Translations under genes and position numbers: made by a program
Shown: one piece after another, positions 29,113-39,631 of the stretch
How positions within the stretch are numbered: the stretch's first letter is position 1
Layout of the letters: each line of letters opens with the position of its first letter
Notes under the pieces: generated by a model
The model's database searches: none
Told to the model about the DNA's origin: nothing
The model's input: only the letters and a program-made list of their open reading frames with translations
Virus record (IMG/VR): IMGVR_UViG_3300007513_001761
Location: 49,249 to 113,248 of that record
DNA length: 64,000 nt
Source: a virus
Direction: 5' to 3' (one strand)

Positions 29113-29403
29113 TTAGTTATATCCAACACGGATTATTTCCGATTCTTCAATGAGTATCACCTCACCATTAATAGTATAAACCATTATTCTATCTAGTTCA
29201 TCTTTTTTTTCATCTAAGACATAACATACTACACCTCGCGCAATCATTGCAACGTTTCTTTGGGTAATATCATAACATCCGATGTATCCGGAACCTTTAA
29301 TAAGCACTGTGGGTAATAGATCTCCATGATCTTCCGGTAAATTGCCGGTAATCTGTTTAATTATCTTTTTCAGTAACGTTTTATTTAAGGTATGCGTACT
29401 CAT
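29113..29403 (-). CDS. Hypothetical protein
   Basis: ORF with CTAGTTA motif upstream. Confidence 0.5.
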   Translation of the reverse strand: MSTHTLNKTLLKKIIKQITGNLPEDHGDLLPTVLIKGSGYIGCYDITQRNVAMIARGVVCYVLDEKKDELDRIMVYTINGEVILIEESEIIRVGYN

Positions 29404-29496
29404 ATTGTAACTAGAGATGCAAAAGCTTAAAAAAAGTTACAAATATCGCTACTATTCTTGCCATCAAACCAATAATTCAAGATTTTGAAATTTATT

Positions 29497-29835
29497 TTAG
29501 AACATTTCCGAATATGCCATCATCGCGGCCATTAAAAACTGAACAACAGCAAAAACTGTCACGGCACGCGTTTTAAAGATCTTCAATTCTTCAATTTCAT
29601 CGAGGGCGCCCTTAAGTTGCGTCGGAGAAGCAACCTCATCTAGTTTTTCTTTCCAAGTTTTGAGATCTTGAACGCGATCTTCTTTTGCTTTCATCTCTGT
29701 TAATTGGTTTTTTACATCTTGTAATTCAGTTCGAAGTCCTTCGATTCCCGTGGTCAAAGTTTCAAGTTGTTGAATTACTAATTTAGAGTAAGTTTCCCAC
29801 CCGTTTGTGTCCGTCATTGTAAAATCCTCCGACAT
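29497..29835 (-). CDS. Coiled-coil protein with C-terminal membrane anchor
   Basis: Heptad pattern followed by hydrophobic C-terminus. Confidence 0.6.
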   Translation of the reverse strand: MSEDFTMTDTNGWETYSKLVIQQLETLTTGIEGLRTELQDVKNQLTEMKAKEDRVQDLKTWKEKLDEVASPTQLKGALDEIEELKIFKTRAVTVFAVVQFLMAAMMAYSEMF

Positions 29836-29870
29836 TTTTAAATAGTCAATTAATGGAGAACAATTTAAGA

Positions 29871-30458
29871 TTAATCGTCGCGGACGTAGTTTTCATCGAT
29901 ATCGTCGGCGTATCTCACCTTTCTTGCTCTAATTTTGAGGTCGGGAAAAACATCTTTTAGTTCTTCGACGGCTGCAACGTTCTTACCCGAGTCATCAAAG
30001 AACAAAACGTCTGTCGCACCCATCTGGATACGATCATGGATCCATGACGATTTAGCATGCGGATCCGAGTCGCCTAAAAGCTCGAATGTGATCTTCGACG
30101 TATCAAAACCTATACCCTCTAAGTAATCTCGGATAGGTTCCTCTGCCTCGGGCGCCCTCGCAGTTAAGATCGCAATTTCGCGACCTTCTGTGCCCGCATT
30201 GATAGCGTTCCTTAAGATATTTGTGATTTGCTTGATTTCTCGTGGATTAATGACTTGATCAAATTCAGTAAAATCATATACATAATCTTGGCGTGGTTCA
30301 TGAGTTGCATATTCAGCCGGCGTCATTTCCAAATTTTCTCCGGCGTCTGTTGTGATATGAATCTTGGAATCAGACTTGGCCAGAGTATCATCAAAATCAA
30401 AAACGCGAAGTTTGGATTCGCGTAAATACTCTCGCCAATTTTCAAGTAGGAGTTTCAT
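29871..30458 (-). CDS. HAD-superfamily phosphatase with MKLLLENWREYLRE tag
   Basis: VFDFDDTL, LTAR, K, FFDDS; start reassigned to ATG at 30458. Confidence 0.8.
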   Translation of the reverse strand: MKLLLENWREYLRESKLRVFDFDDTLAKSDSKIHITTDAGENLEMTPAEYATHEPRQDYVYDFTEFDQVINPREIKQITNILRNAINAGTEGREIAILTARAPEAEEPIRDYLEGIGFDTSKITFELLGDSDPHAKSSWIHDRIQMGATDVLFFDDSGKNVAAVEELKDVFPDLKIRARKVRYADDIDENYVRDD

Positions 30459-30462
30459 TATA

Positions 30463-31491
30463 CTAATTTGTAGGACCCTTCGAATGAGTAGTGGCAGTCG
30501 CATAAACAGGCTTGTCGGCACCCCCCGTGAGGTTCCATTTCCCCCAACCGACCTCCTCGCCCTCGGCATTAAAATATGCAACCTCGGCTGAGATTTCGGT
30601 TGTGCCCAAAGCCTTTGCGAGAGCCTGTTGTGCAGTATCTGTTGCTATCTGGCCCCCGTTTGCGCCTAATTCGGCTAGCCCAGGAATGGTTATAGTAATT
30701 GATGACTGGCCAGCAGCGGTTTTTGTCAATTTGTCGATTTCAAGATCTGCAATTTCACTTGTGCTGGCAGTATCCAAAGTACCTTCAGCACCATCGGTTG
30801 CTTGGGTTATATCCAATCCCAATGTTTCTTTAGCATTATCGGCCGCTTGTGCTATTTTTTGTAATCCCACATCAGCAGATTGGTTCAAAGTATTAGCAAC
30901 TTGCCCAAGTTTTTGTTTCCACTGTGGTACCACCTTTTCTGCAGTTTCTGGTGTAAAATCTTGGGACACCTGTGCCACTCCGTCTGCAACCTCCGGGTCA
31001 ATCGTCGACAGCGCGCTGGCGAGATCCGGCAATCCTTCGGGACTCCCACCGCTGGCCATGGCTTGAGACATCGCTGTTGTGGCGGCAGCAAGAGCTAGTC
31101 CCCTTAGTGTGAATTTAATGGCTTTTGCAATTGCTGGATTCTGCTTCTCGAATGCCTTAAGTTTCTTCATAACATTGATTACAGGACCAACTGCCTTACC
31201 TTTCAGTTTTTGAAGGGCCATATACGCTTGGGTTGACGCTTTTATAATAGAATCGTCAATTGCTGAATCTGTTGTTTGTTCTTTGAGGTTTGCAAACATA
31301 TAATCGATTGATTGTTCCCAGCTTTCTAAAAATCTGATTGTGTCTTCATTCGATTCGGATAGTGTGTTGATCGCCTCGTAGAATGATGTTTTGGATACAT
31401 CATTGGCTTCAAAAAGATACAAACTTCCGTAAATATCCGACACTTGTTCCTGCAAGAGATACTTTCGCCAATTTTCAAGTAGGAGTTTCAT
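30463..31491 (-). CDS. Ala/Thr-rich protein with MKLLLENWRKYLLQE tag (possible ejected protein)
   Basis: Shared tag; central hydrophobic helix. Confidence 0.65.
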   Translation of the reverse strand: MKLLLENWRKYLLQEQVSDIYGSLYLFEANDVSKTSFYEAINTLSESNEDTIRFLESWEQSIDYMFANLKEQTTDSAIDDSIIKASTQAYMALQKLKGKAVGPVINVMKKLKAFEKQNPAIAKAIKFTLRGLALAAATTAMSQAMASGGSPEGLPDLASALSTIDPEVADGVAQVSQDFTPETAEKVVPQWKQKLGQVANTLNQSADVGLQKIAQAADNAKETLGLDITQATDGAEGTLDTASTSEIADLEIDKLTKTAAGQSSITITIPGLAELGANGGQIATDTAQQALAKALGTTEISAEVAYFNAEGEEVGWGKWNLTGGADKPVYATATTHSKGPTN

Positions 31492-32171
31492 AATTTATTC
31501 TCCATAGGAGTTAAAACTTTTGGGTTTACCACAAAAACTTGTTCATATCCCTGATGAAAATCTTTTTTATTCCAAACAATATCATATTCCAACTCACGAA
31601 CTCTATTAATTTGTTCCTCATTATATCCAATCGAATCCATAGAAATCATAGCAACAGGCCCTATACTGAATTTTAAATCACTTAAATCCATCCATTTAGC
31701 GCCTTGAGAGATTTTAAAAGAGTTTAACTCTCCATGCATTGACGATAAATTCTTGTTTGCTGAGAGATATAAGGGAGTTAAATCTCCTTCTATCTTTCCA
31801 CCATGATACCAAGTTTCTTGGTTTTCATTTATAGTCCTCACTAATTCAGGATTCAACACAACAATCGAGGGTTCTTCTCCGTTGGGTTCTATAACTTTAA
31901 CAATATCATATCCTTTAAACATTTCTTGTGGCTGCCAAATTTCTTGAAACTCTTGCCACCAAAAAACCTTGGGATAAACATTTGCTTGAGACAAATCAAT
32001 TTCAACTTCAGATACTTGCCCATCTTTATGTTGTGCTGCATATTTTTCAGCATATGTTTTATCTTTTGAATAGAACGTTCCAATGCGAGTAGGTAAGAAG
32101 TCCTTACCGCCTCCGTGATAATATACTTCCTCTTTCAAATACTCTCGCCAATTTTCAAGTATAAGTTTCAT
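31488..32171 (-). CDS. Tandem ADP-ribosyltransferase-like domains with MKLILENWREYLKE tag
   Basis: Two repeats: (Y/W)YHGG ... (F/L)Y(L)S ... VVxNP. Confidence 0.55.
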   Translation of the reverse strand: MKLILENWREYLKEEVYYHGGGKDFLPTRIGTFYSKDKTYAEKYAAQHKDGQVSEVEIDLSQANVYPKVFWWQEFQEIWQPQEMFKGYDIVKVIEPNGEEPSIVVLNPELVRTINENQETWYHGGKIEGDLTPLYLSANKNLSSMHGELNSFKISQGAKWMDLSDLKFSIGPVAMISMDSIGYNEEQINRVRELEYDIVWNKKDFHQGYEQVFVVNPKVLTPMENKL

Positions 32172-32692
32172 TTCTTCAGCCCTTTTATATTGTGACCACC
32201 GCGCGCCCACTCTGAGTGCATGATGTGTCCTGTCTGATTATAGTCTCGCCAGCCCAGCGCATGACCAAGCTCGTGTTCCATAATTCTCTCCGAATCTCCC
32301 CAACCTGACATTATCTCTATTTTAGCTTTGAGGATTTGATTAGTATCCTTATGTACCCAGGTTCTTGTGATTGCTAAGTGTTCTGACATGTGAAAATCTT
32401 GACTCGCTAGATTAATTAGTATTTCTCCATACAAAACAATATCTTTGAGACAACTAAAATCATCAGAGTCAGCCACAATTACTTCTCCAATGGTGTATCC
32501 CAGCTTTCGCCAAAACTCGGCCGCTTGTTCTACTCGTGCAGGCTTAACCGGCGCACCATCGCAGATGATGATCGTTGGCTCAACTTTCCATTCGGCGTTT
32601 TGAATCGGAGGTCCAAAAACGATTGAAGCCTCTTCCGGCGGTTGAGTACTGATCCCATACGAGAATACTAAAAACCACAACAGAGACTTCAT
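32168..32692 (-). CDS. Matrixin-like (M10) secreted metallopeptidase
   Basis: Signal peptide; HELGHALG and Met-turn (HIM); third Zn His apparently replaced. Confidence 0.75.
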   Translation of the reverse strand: MKSLLWFLVFSYGISTQPPEEASIVFGPPIQNAEWKVEPTIIICDGAPVKPARVEQAAEFWRKLGYTIGEVIVADSDDFSCLKDIVLYGEILINLASQDFHMSEHLAITRTWVHKDTNQILKAKIEIMSGWGDSERIMEHELGHALGWRDYNQTGHIMHSEWARGGHNIKGLKK

Positions 32693-32786
32693 TCATTGAT
32701 ACTCCTAATCACCACCATAAGTGATCCAAAGTTCGATCACCTCTTCATACTCTGCGATGTCACTGGCTTTCAATTCTTCCAGCCCA

Positions 32787-33206
32787 TCATCCAGATGTTT
32801 CGTCTTTTCTTCTGTTTCCATATCGTTCTCTCACTTTGTCGGCTAATGGAATAGGTTCTCCATCACCGTCTACTCTTATATAGGTAATTTCTGTCTCACA
32901 AACCGCTTTTTGTGTTCCATTATATGGGCTATGCCTACGAGCCTCCAGCCGGATACACACAGAGGTCGTCCCAACGCCGCACACTTCCCCGTAAATTTTG
33001 ATTAGATGTCCAGGTCTCACTGGCTTTTTGAAGGTGGTCTCAGACATCTTGAGGGTCACCATGCGCGGTGTATCGCAGCACTGGGCCGCATATGCACCAC
33101 CGGCTTCGTCTAGCCAACTGAGCATGACTCCTCCGAAGAGATTGCCATGGACTCCGATGTTCTGCCCCTTGCAGATGTGGGTTGAAATCAGTTCCATCTC
33201 ATCCAT
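32787..33206 (-). CDS. HotDog acyl-CoA thioesterase (YciA-like)
   Basis: HGNLFGG..LSWLDEAG, FKKPV..G, VGTTS. Confidence 0.88.
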   Translation of the reverse strand: MDEMELISTHICKGQNIGVHGNLFGGVMLSWLDEAGGAYAAQCCDTPRMVTLKMSETTFKKPVRPGHLIKIYGEVCGVGTTSVCIRLEARRHSPYNGTQKAVCETEITYIRVDGDGEPIPLADKVRERYGNRRKDETSG

Positions 33207-35817
33207 TCAACGCAGCGAGCAAACGCTCGACTTTCAATAACTGAGTCTCTTCATTTTTGTAGCTTTCAGCATAACCACCAGCGCCAGAACCCACTTGTGT
33301 TCCACTAAGGGGGATTTTCTCCTGAAGCATGTCCCGAAAAACCTCGTTAGCAACTCGATTAATTTCGTCTTGATCGTCCCAAACCTCTACAAGGTTGCGT
33401 AAAACTGCGGCTTGTGCGTCAGAACTCTCCTCGTGTACCGAAAACATAACATTAAGCTCTTCGCTTTCACCTTCGGTACCATGAATGCCGACAAGGTCAA
33501 TATCTAAGGGCATTTCTGGGTAGTGTTCCATTTTTGTGTTTTTGAATGCTGGTGCTGTCATTCGTCGTCTAATCTCAAGCCAGTAATTGCGATCTGCGAA
33601 AATCTGAGCGGCTTGTTCTTCTGTGGCACCCAAATCAGCATACCACACTTCTGGGTGGGCTGTGAAATTGATAAATTCGAATTCATCCATTTCATAACCT
33701 TCTTCTGCGTGGGTTTCCCAATGATACAAATCCAGATTGTCATTCACTACATCGTTTCCTAAGTGCATCACACCACCGCCTTTCATTGCGCCTTCGCGCT
33801 TAAAGAAGTTCGTTAAAAGAAACTTGATAGGTTCGCGTTTTTCGTCAACTTCGGCATCAACCGCCTCACAAAAATCTTCATAGTCTTCTGGAGCATAGGC
33901 ATATTCTTGACCACCCCTACCTAAAAGCTTGCTTGGTTCAACATCAATTCGTAAATAGTTTCGCGCCTGCCCTCCAGCGCCCGGAGTCCGACGCATCTGG
34001 TTGGGATAATCTGCCTTAACCCACGGAAAGCCATATTCTTGCAATTGTTCTAGCGCATAACCAATTACCTCAATGCCAGGCCATATTTTCCATTCATCAT
34101 CATCCCAGGTTATAATGATGTCAGCCTCACATGCTATATACACGCCATCACCACCATCATCAAGAGCAGTAGCTTCAACTGAGGTGACTGCCATCATTTC
34201 ATTAACGCGTTCTGATATTGCGTTACATTCGGCTTGATAGCGTTCCAGCAATCCACTCACTAGGTTTGAATCAAGCTCGTCTTCTGTGGTTTCATCGCGC
34301 TTGGGTGTCCCGGAGACTTGTGCTTTTTTGCCGAACAGTGCTGCCACTAAACTAGAAATAGGGGTGTCTTCGTAAGAACCTCCAAATTTAATGAAGTTGC
34401 TAAGATCGATTGTTCCAAATTGCCATGGTTCATCGCCCCATTTATCACCGTAAGCGCGACTAGTATCTCTGGGTGCGTCTTCTAGCTGTTTGGCTTGATT
34501 TTCTTGAGCCCAAGTCATTACGCGTTTGCGGAATCCGGGTATTGCCGCTCCGTAAACCCGGCTTTCGGGTACCGCTAGTTGCACGCCGTCATAGGGATTA
34601 AATTCCTTCTCGCCGGCGCGCTTGATACGCAAAAAGAGCGCACGCAACTCTTCCTTGCTCAAATGATCCGGAAGATCATCGAGTTTGCCGTACTTGGCTA
34701 GCAAAGACTCTTGCTCCTCGGCGCTGTAGTAACGTACTTGTCGTATACGCAAACGAGAAACAGGATTAATCCAGCCATTATCGTAATGACTTCGCGTGTC
34801 ATCAAAAAAGACCTCATCTTCTTGAAATTCGCGGCTGTCAACAATTTGGTCTAAGGTTACATCTTTGCCGTAGTTCTCTAAAATGTTTTCTGTTTTCGCA
34901 ACATATGCGACGGCGCCGTGTCCATGAGCTTCGGCCACTGCACATTTATAATAGGAGTCACCACCGCCGCGCGATGGAGGAGAATGACAAGAAGTAATAT
35001 CCTCAAAGTCACTCATCCGTAAAATATCGATAGGATTGCGAGTGATAATAATAGAATATTGATTTCCGCTCGCCTTGTCAAGATTCTTTTTAATATAATC
35101 AGCATTTTCTTGCCAATAACGCGCCAACTCCTGAATAGCTTTAGTTGACGCCAACTCTCGGGGAATTCCACCCCTGACTTGGGCGCCCATCATGTCAATG
35201 TAAGATCCTAATCTATAATAATTTTTTAATTCTTCTTCACTTAATGCTGCCTCGATCTCTGTACCGGTAAATCCAGTAACAGTGTTCGGGGTCTTCTCTT
35301 CTATTTTTTTTCTTAAAACATCATATTTGATGCGATAATCTATCATTTTGGATAAAAACTTACCAATTTTCATCTTAATTTTCTTGCTTTTGTGGGACAT
35401 TCCACGACCCAAATTCATAATCGTGTTTGTCATTCCATCGGGACTTAAGTCAACCAATTGGCGTTCACCTTCAATTGTGCCTTTTTCCCAATCAACGGTG
35501 TAGCCCAGATCGTCCCATAATCTTATAAACCTTCCTAGCTCTGTACCGGCATCCAAGGTGGGAAAATCAAGAATTAAGCGCATTTTGCCATCGAAAATCT
35601 TATCGAATGCCATGTCTTCGCTTGGCATGTCATCAATGGCCGTTCGAATGTGCTCTATTTCATCTTCCGAGATTTCTCTAAGTAATCTGTCTTTCTTTTC
35701 CAGCTTGATGATTTGTTTTTTGTATAATTCTTTACTTTCTTCGTCTGCGGGCGGCGTTCCTTGTCCAAAACCACCCTCAGTAAGAAATTTCTTCCATGTA
35801 TTATTAAAAGTTCTCAT
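33199..35817 (-). CDS. Large hypothetical protein (872 aa) with TWKKFLTE N-terminal tag
   Basis: Long ORF; ITRNPIDILRMSD....SCH segment; function unknown. Confidence 0.7.
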   Translation of the reverse strand: MRTFNNTWKKFLTEGGFGQGTPPADEESKELYKKQIIKLEKKDRLLREISEDEIEHIRTAIDDMPSEDMAFDKIFDGKMRLILDFPTLDAGTELGRFIRLWDDLGYTVDWEKGTIEGERQLVDLSPDGMTNTIMNLGRGMSHKSKKIKMKIGKFLSKMIDYRIKYDVLRKKIEEKTPNTVTGFTGTEIEAALSEEELKNYYRLGSYIDMMGAQVRGGIPRELASTKAIQELARYWQENADYIKKNLDKASGNQYSIIITRNPIDILRMSDFEDITSCHSPPSRGGGDSYYKCAVAEAHGHGAVAYVAKTENILENYGKDVTLDQIVDSREFQEDEVFFDDTRSHYDNGWINPVSRLRIRQVRYYSAEEQESLLAKYGKLDDLPDHLSKEELRALFLRIKRAGEKEFNPYDGVQLAVPESRVYGAAIPGFRKRVMTWAQENQAKQLEDAPRDTSRAYGDKWGDEPWQFGTIDLSNFIKFGGSYEDTPISSLVAALFGKKAQVSGTPKRDETTEDELDSNLVSGLLERYQAECNAISERVNEMMAVTSVEATALDDGGDGVYIACEADIIITWDDDEWKIWPGIEVIGYALEQLQEYGFPWVKADYPNQMRRTPGAGGQARNYLRIDVEPSKLLGRGGQEYAYAPEDYEDFCEAVDAEVDEKREPIKFLLTNFFKREGAMKGGGVMHLGNDVVNDNLDLYHWETHAEEGYEMDEFEFINFTAHPEVWYADLGATEEQAAQIFADRNYWLEIRRRMTAPAFKNTKMEHYPEMPLDIDLVGIHGTEGESEELNVMFSVHEESSDAQAAVLRNLVEVWDDQDEINRVANEVFRDMLQEKIPLSGTQVGSGAGGYAESYKNEETQLLKVERLLAALNG

Positions 35818-35955
35818 AATTTATCCATCCATTCGTACAGTGCCACAACCATCACAACCTGGAAAACACAAAATGTTAAATACAACACGCATGCTTTCAA
35901 ATCTCCATAATAATCAGTCTCGTCAATCCAGAATTCTCTCCAAATATGGTGAAAC

Positions 35956-36435
35956 CTAATCATCTTTTACATTTTTTAATGCCTTGTCTAATAAATAGAC
36001 TGGAAATGTTCTTAATTCGAGAGCTTTTTCGCTTTTTATTTCCTCAATTGTTGCCCATTTGTGATCTGAATGTTCAATAATTCCTGTTTTTGGGTTTTTA
36101 ACAAACTTTACATCACCGCTCCACTGCGTAGTGACGTAATAATATTTGTCTGCGTCATCAGTTTGTATTTTATCAACGTATTTTAAATTTGTTAAGGAAG
36201 AGTCAAGCCCAGTTTCTTCTTGTAGTTCTCTTAGGGCCCCAGCCTCAATAGAATTATCGTCATCGTCTATGTGACCACCGGGCAAATCCCAATATCCTTG
36301 TTTAGAATCTTCGCCAGGCGAACGTTTAATTACAAGAATCTTCATATCTTCGTCTATACAAACGATTGAAGCTATGGATTTACGTTCTTTTTTATTTTCT
36401 TTAAGATAAGTGGTCCATGTAGTCGAATAACTCAT
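35956..36435 (-). CDS. NUDIX hydrolase with TWTTYLKE N-terminal tag
   Basis: WDLPGGH...ALRELQEETG Nudix box. Confidence 0.92.
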   Translation of the reverse strand: MSYSTTWTTYLKENKKERKSIASIVCIDEDMKILVIKRSPGEDSKQGYWDLPGGHIDDDDNSIEAGALRELQEETGLDSSLTNLKYVDKIQTDDADKYYYVTTQWSGDVKFVKNPKTGIIEHSDHKWATIEEIKSEKALELRTFPVYLLDKALKNVKDD

Positions 36436-36438
36436 GGG

Positions 36439-37203
36439 TTAGCGGCATGCCCTGTGTTTGTTATTTTTCGCTTCGCATAACATTTGCAATGCTAAATCCA
36501 TGTGGATGTTTTGAATTGGAGCCACCCACATCAAATTTGCGATTACTTGATGATAGCCCGTAGAGTGTGCGTGCTCAACGTCTATGCCCCACAAAACTCC
36601 CACGATGTCTCCAGTCGAATCATAAACCAAAGAGCCGCTGCAGCCAAACCAGCCGTGCGTATGTAGCAGTATTTGCATCCCCGCATCCGTTAAAATCTCA
36701 TACCCCGCTACCCGGCCACGAAAGGTCATCAATCGATGATCGGAGGGATATCCAGAGTAAGTAATTTCTTCTCCTACGTCTATAATGTCTTTGCGCGGAG
36801 AGAACTTCAAAGGTTTCGCAAATTGAAATTCTTGTAGAACATATAAAACAGCTACATCGTGCAATTCGTCAGAATAAACCAAGACACATTCTCTAATTTC
36901 TGTTCCTTGGAGCGCATAGTACCGGCCACCTAAAATCCCGTCTGCTACATGTTGTGCAGTGAAAACCAAGGTTAAACCTTTGTAATTAACCAAAGCGCCA
37001 CTTCCATGACCTCCGCGTGCACCAGCCTTAACTACTTTTACAGCAGCATCCCGGACCTTTTGTTCGACTGCGGTGATAGTAGAGCTAATGGGGACCGGCT
37101 CTGTGTTCATAGATGTATCTAAAAACGGGGCAACTTCTTCCATGCTTGCAGCCTGCACAGTTGTCGAAAACAAGAGCGCGGCAATGATCATAATGTATTT
37201 CAT
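36439..37203 (-). CDS. Trypsin-like serine protease, secreted
   Basis: Signal peptide from MKYIM; TAQH, DVA, GCSG catalytic triad contexts. Confidence 0.85.
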   Translation of the reverse strand: MKYIMIIAALLFSTTVQAASMEEVAPFLDTSMNTEPVPISSTITAVEQKVRDAAVKVVKAGARGGHGSGALVNYKGLTLVFTAQHVADGILGGRYYALQGTEIRECVLVYSDELHDVAVLYVLQEFQFAKPLKFSPRKDIIDVGEEITYSGYPSDHRLMTFRGRVAGYEILTDAGMQILLHTHGWFGCSGSLVYDSTGDIVGVLWGIDVEHAHSTGYHQVIANLMWVAPIQNIHMDLALQMLCEAKNNKHRACR

Positions 37204-37205
37204 TT

Positions 37206-37781
37206 TTATAATGTTCTCCTTTTTGAATCTAAAATGGTACTCACTAAATGAATTCGATTGGATTCTCCTCCGTTTAGCGCTGTATGATATCTTAATGTGT
37301 TGGTATAATAAACTGAACCATTGGCCGGCAAGTGCGTACAAAAATTATCCGCTATAAACAAGCAGCCTGGATTGGTTAGAAGTGGGATGTGGAGCCGAGG
37401 TTCTGGATCTCGATGGTAACTTAAACATCCGCGAGGTTCCAATAAAAGAAGGCGCATGCGCCCCAACGTAAAATATGCGGATAATTCTTCATACACTGTT
37501 TCAAAATACGTGTTTTTTATTTCGGGAATTAATTCTGTGTAAAGACTTTCATCTACAAAGTTTTCGCGTTGAACTTCTTTATACTCATCGTTTTTCATCC
37601 AAAATATTCCACGTGGATCCACTTCTTCTCTATTGGGAATGCAATTTAAGCTAATGGCTTTTACTAATCCGTTAGAATGCTCAATGTCATCCAATAATGT
37701 AACATATGCAACCAATAATTCATCTATGTCAAATCTAACAAACGAGAGGTCGTATATATCATTGTTATAAATCATACCCAA
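37206..37781 (-). CDS. 2OG-Fe(II) oxygenase (Asp/Asn beta-hydroxylase-like)
   Basis: HRD..RLHIP, HTALNGG..R.HL. Confidence 0.85.
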   Translation of the reverse strand: MGMIYNNDIYDLSFVRFDIDELLVAYVTLLDDIEHSNGLVKAISLNCIPNREEVDPRGIFWMKNDEYKEVQRENFVDESLYTELIPEIKNTYFETVYEELSAYFTLGRMRLLLLEPRGCLSYHRDPEPRLHIPLLTNPGCLFIADNFCTHLPANGSVYYTNTLRYHTALNGGESNRIHLVSTILDSKRRTL

Positions 37782-37814
37782 TCCTGAATAAGAACAAAGT
37801 AATTAGAACCATTT

Positions 37815-39431
37815 TTAAGTACCCGTATCCTTTTCTTCAGGACAGTCATAAATTGGAGCATAACTGATGTAAATCTCAGAACCCGCCGAAGGGATATTGC
37901 TGTTATCAAAAACCACTACATTCCCGGTAGACTCGTAGGTCCAATCAGTGCTGGTAACCCCGTCTACCTTTACATAAATCGATTGTTCTATGGGTTCTTG
38001 TGTCAGAAGAAACGAGGACTTTAAGATCGATTCGTTGGCCAAAGTCTCCAGCGGGGTACCCCAGTCATCTTCGCAGATTGATAAGTACACTCCATTTAAA
38101 TATGAAACAGTAGTGTAGTACTCAGTGCCTTCTTGCGCTCCACCGTTGGCAGTGCAGCCACCAGGATAGTCGCCAGCCACAGCGTGCGCTGTAACATAGT
38201 CTGCATCGCCCTTTGCAGCTACCGTATATGTTTTGATACTAGTAGGAGTAATTCCACTTGAAGAATCATCTTCGTCAGATACATATATAATGATTAATTT
38301 GGAATCAGTTCTCCAAAAATCACTTCCAGGTCCAAAGTCGTAACCGGCTTGAAGGGCGTAATAAGAATAGAAAAGACCTTTTTCGCTAGCGCTGCCTTGT
38401 GTTCCAATATCATCAATGATGGTGGCTACTTCTGAGACAGGGTCAAGAGTGGAAGTGGTAATTAGAGTTCCTTCTGCGTGATAGCTGTCGGTGGTAATAA
38501 ATCCTATGTGATAATCCACACCAGACGTATCTAATACGTTCATAAACGTATCAAAGTTGGTAGCCAGTTGTGTTTGTTTATCGTTCATGGAACACGAATT
38601 GTCTACGACAAATAAAATATCCACTGCATCAATTTGGCTTTGCTCAAACGTTTCTTCATAAGTTGAGGTATAGGCGCCATCAGCTACTTGATCAGCACTA
38701 GCTAACGGCGTTTGAGGATCATTAGACTGAATCTCGATAACAGCAGCATCCGTATCAATGTCTGTTGGATAATATTGTACCTGCAAGACTACAGCATCCC
38801 CCGGAGCCAAAATCCAAGGCAGAGCACCATATGTGTCTTCGTAATCTTCTATCGCAAAATCGGCTGGGTATGTCACAAAATAATCAATTTGGTCGATAAC
38901 TAGCTCTACATCTCCGATATTGGTAATTGTAACGTCGAGACTCTCCTCGCAGCCAACCAACACAGAATTAAAGTCAAAAGTTTCAGGCTCAACGCTAATA
39001 ACAGGGGCCGAACCGTCTCCTACCAATGTGACAGGAACCGTTGGTGTCTCATAATCATTAGAGAGAATAGAGACAGAATTAGAATTCGTCTCATATGTTT
39101 CAGGGTCGTAAGTTACTGTAAATGTTGCGCTTTCTTCCGGTTCAAGCGAATCATTACCCACGAGAGAAGAGACGGTAAATGCACTGCTAGCAATATCAAG
39201 CTGGATGCTATCTATATCTAATGTATCGGTGCCACCATTTGTGATTGTCACAGTCTCGGTAACCGTATCCCCATCTGCATTGAGGGTTCCGAAATTTATG
39301 AGTGTAGGGTCCACCAGTATATCTGGATTCTCGGGAGGTGGCGGATTGTCAGTTTCTATCTTAGTTACACTATAATCGCTGCATGCTCCCAAAAGTACTA
39401 CAAAAGGTAGTAATTTTAATAGGTGCCCCAT
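37815..39431 (-). CDS. Lipoprotein with two Ig-like (ASH/choice-of-anchor D) domains and VWA domain
   Basis: Lipobox LGAC; repeated I.V.P....FG..ITN.G..L, SND; DILFVVDNSCSM; VSDEDD. Confidence 0.85.
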   Translation of the reverse strand: MGHLLKLLPFVVLLGACSDYSVTKIETDNPPPPENPDILVDPTLINFGTLNADGDTVTETVTITNGGTDTLDIDSIQLDIASSAFTVSSLVGNDSLEPEESATFTVTYDPETYETNSNSVSILSNDYETPTVPVTLVGDGSAPVISVEPETFDFNSVLVGCEESLDVTITNIGDVELVIDQIDYFVTYPADFAIEDYEDTYGALPWILAPGDAVVLQVQYYPTDIDTDAAVIEIQSNDPQTPLASADQVADGAYTSTYEETFEQSQIDAVDILFVVDNSCSMNDKQTQLATNFDTFMNVLDTSGVDYHIGFITTDSYHAEGTLITTSTLDPVSEVATIIDDIGTQGSASEKGLFYSYYALQAGYDFGPGSDFWRTDSKLIIIYVSDEDDSSSGITPTSIKTYTVAAKGDADYVTAHAVAGDYPGGCTANGGAQEGTEYYTTVSYLNGVYLSICEDDWGTPLETLANESILKSSFLLTQEPIEQSIYVKVDGVTSTDWTYESTGNVVVFDNSNIPSAGSEIYISYAPIYDCPEEKDTGT

Positions 39432-39631
39432 ATTATTAACTATGCTGCCGCCACGCTATTTTCGTAAGAAAATGAAATTAAGCAACAAAACATTTATGAT
39501 AGAGAGAACCTGCAAATGAGAAAGTTGCAGATGTGTAGCCAACACAAACAACACAATGTTGGCCACAATAGCCGAGATGCACGAATAAAAGTAGATTTTT
39601 CCTAGCACTTTAAATAACTAGGGAATTAAAT

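Larger units (their letters stand above)
30428..32171 (-). repeat. Three near-identical ~30-bp gene starts ATGAAACTYMTACTTGAAAATTGGCGARAGTA
   Basis: Copies begin (minus strand) at 30458, 31491 and 32171. Confidence 0.9.
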
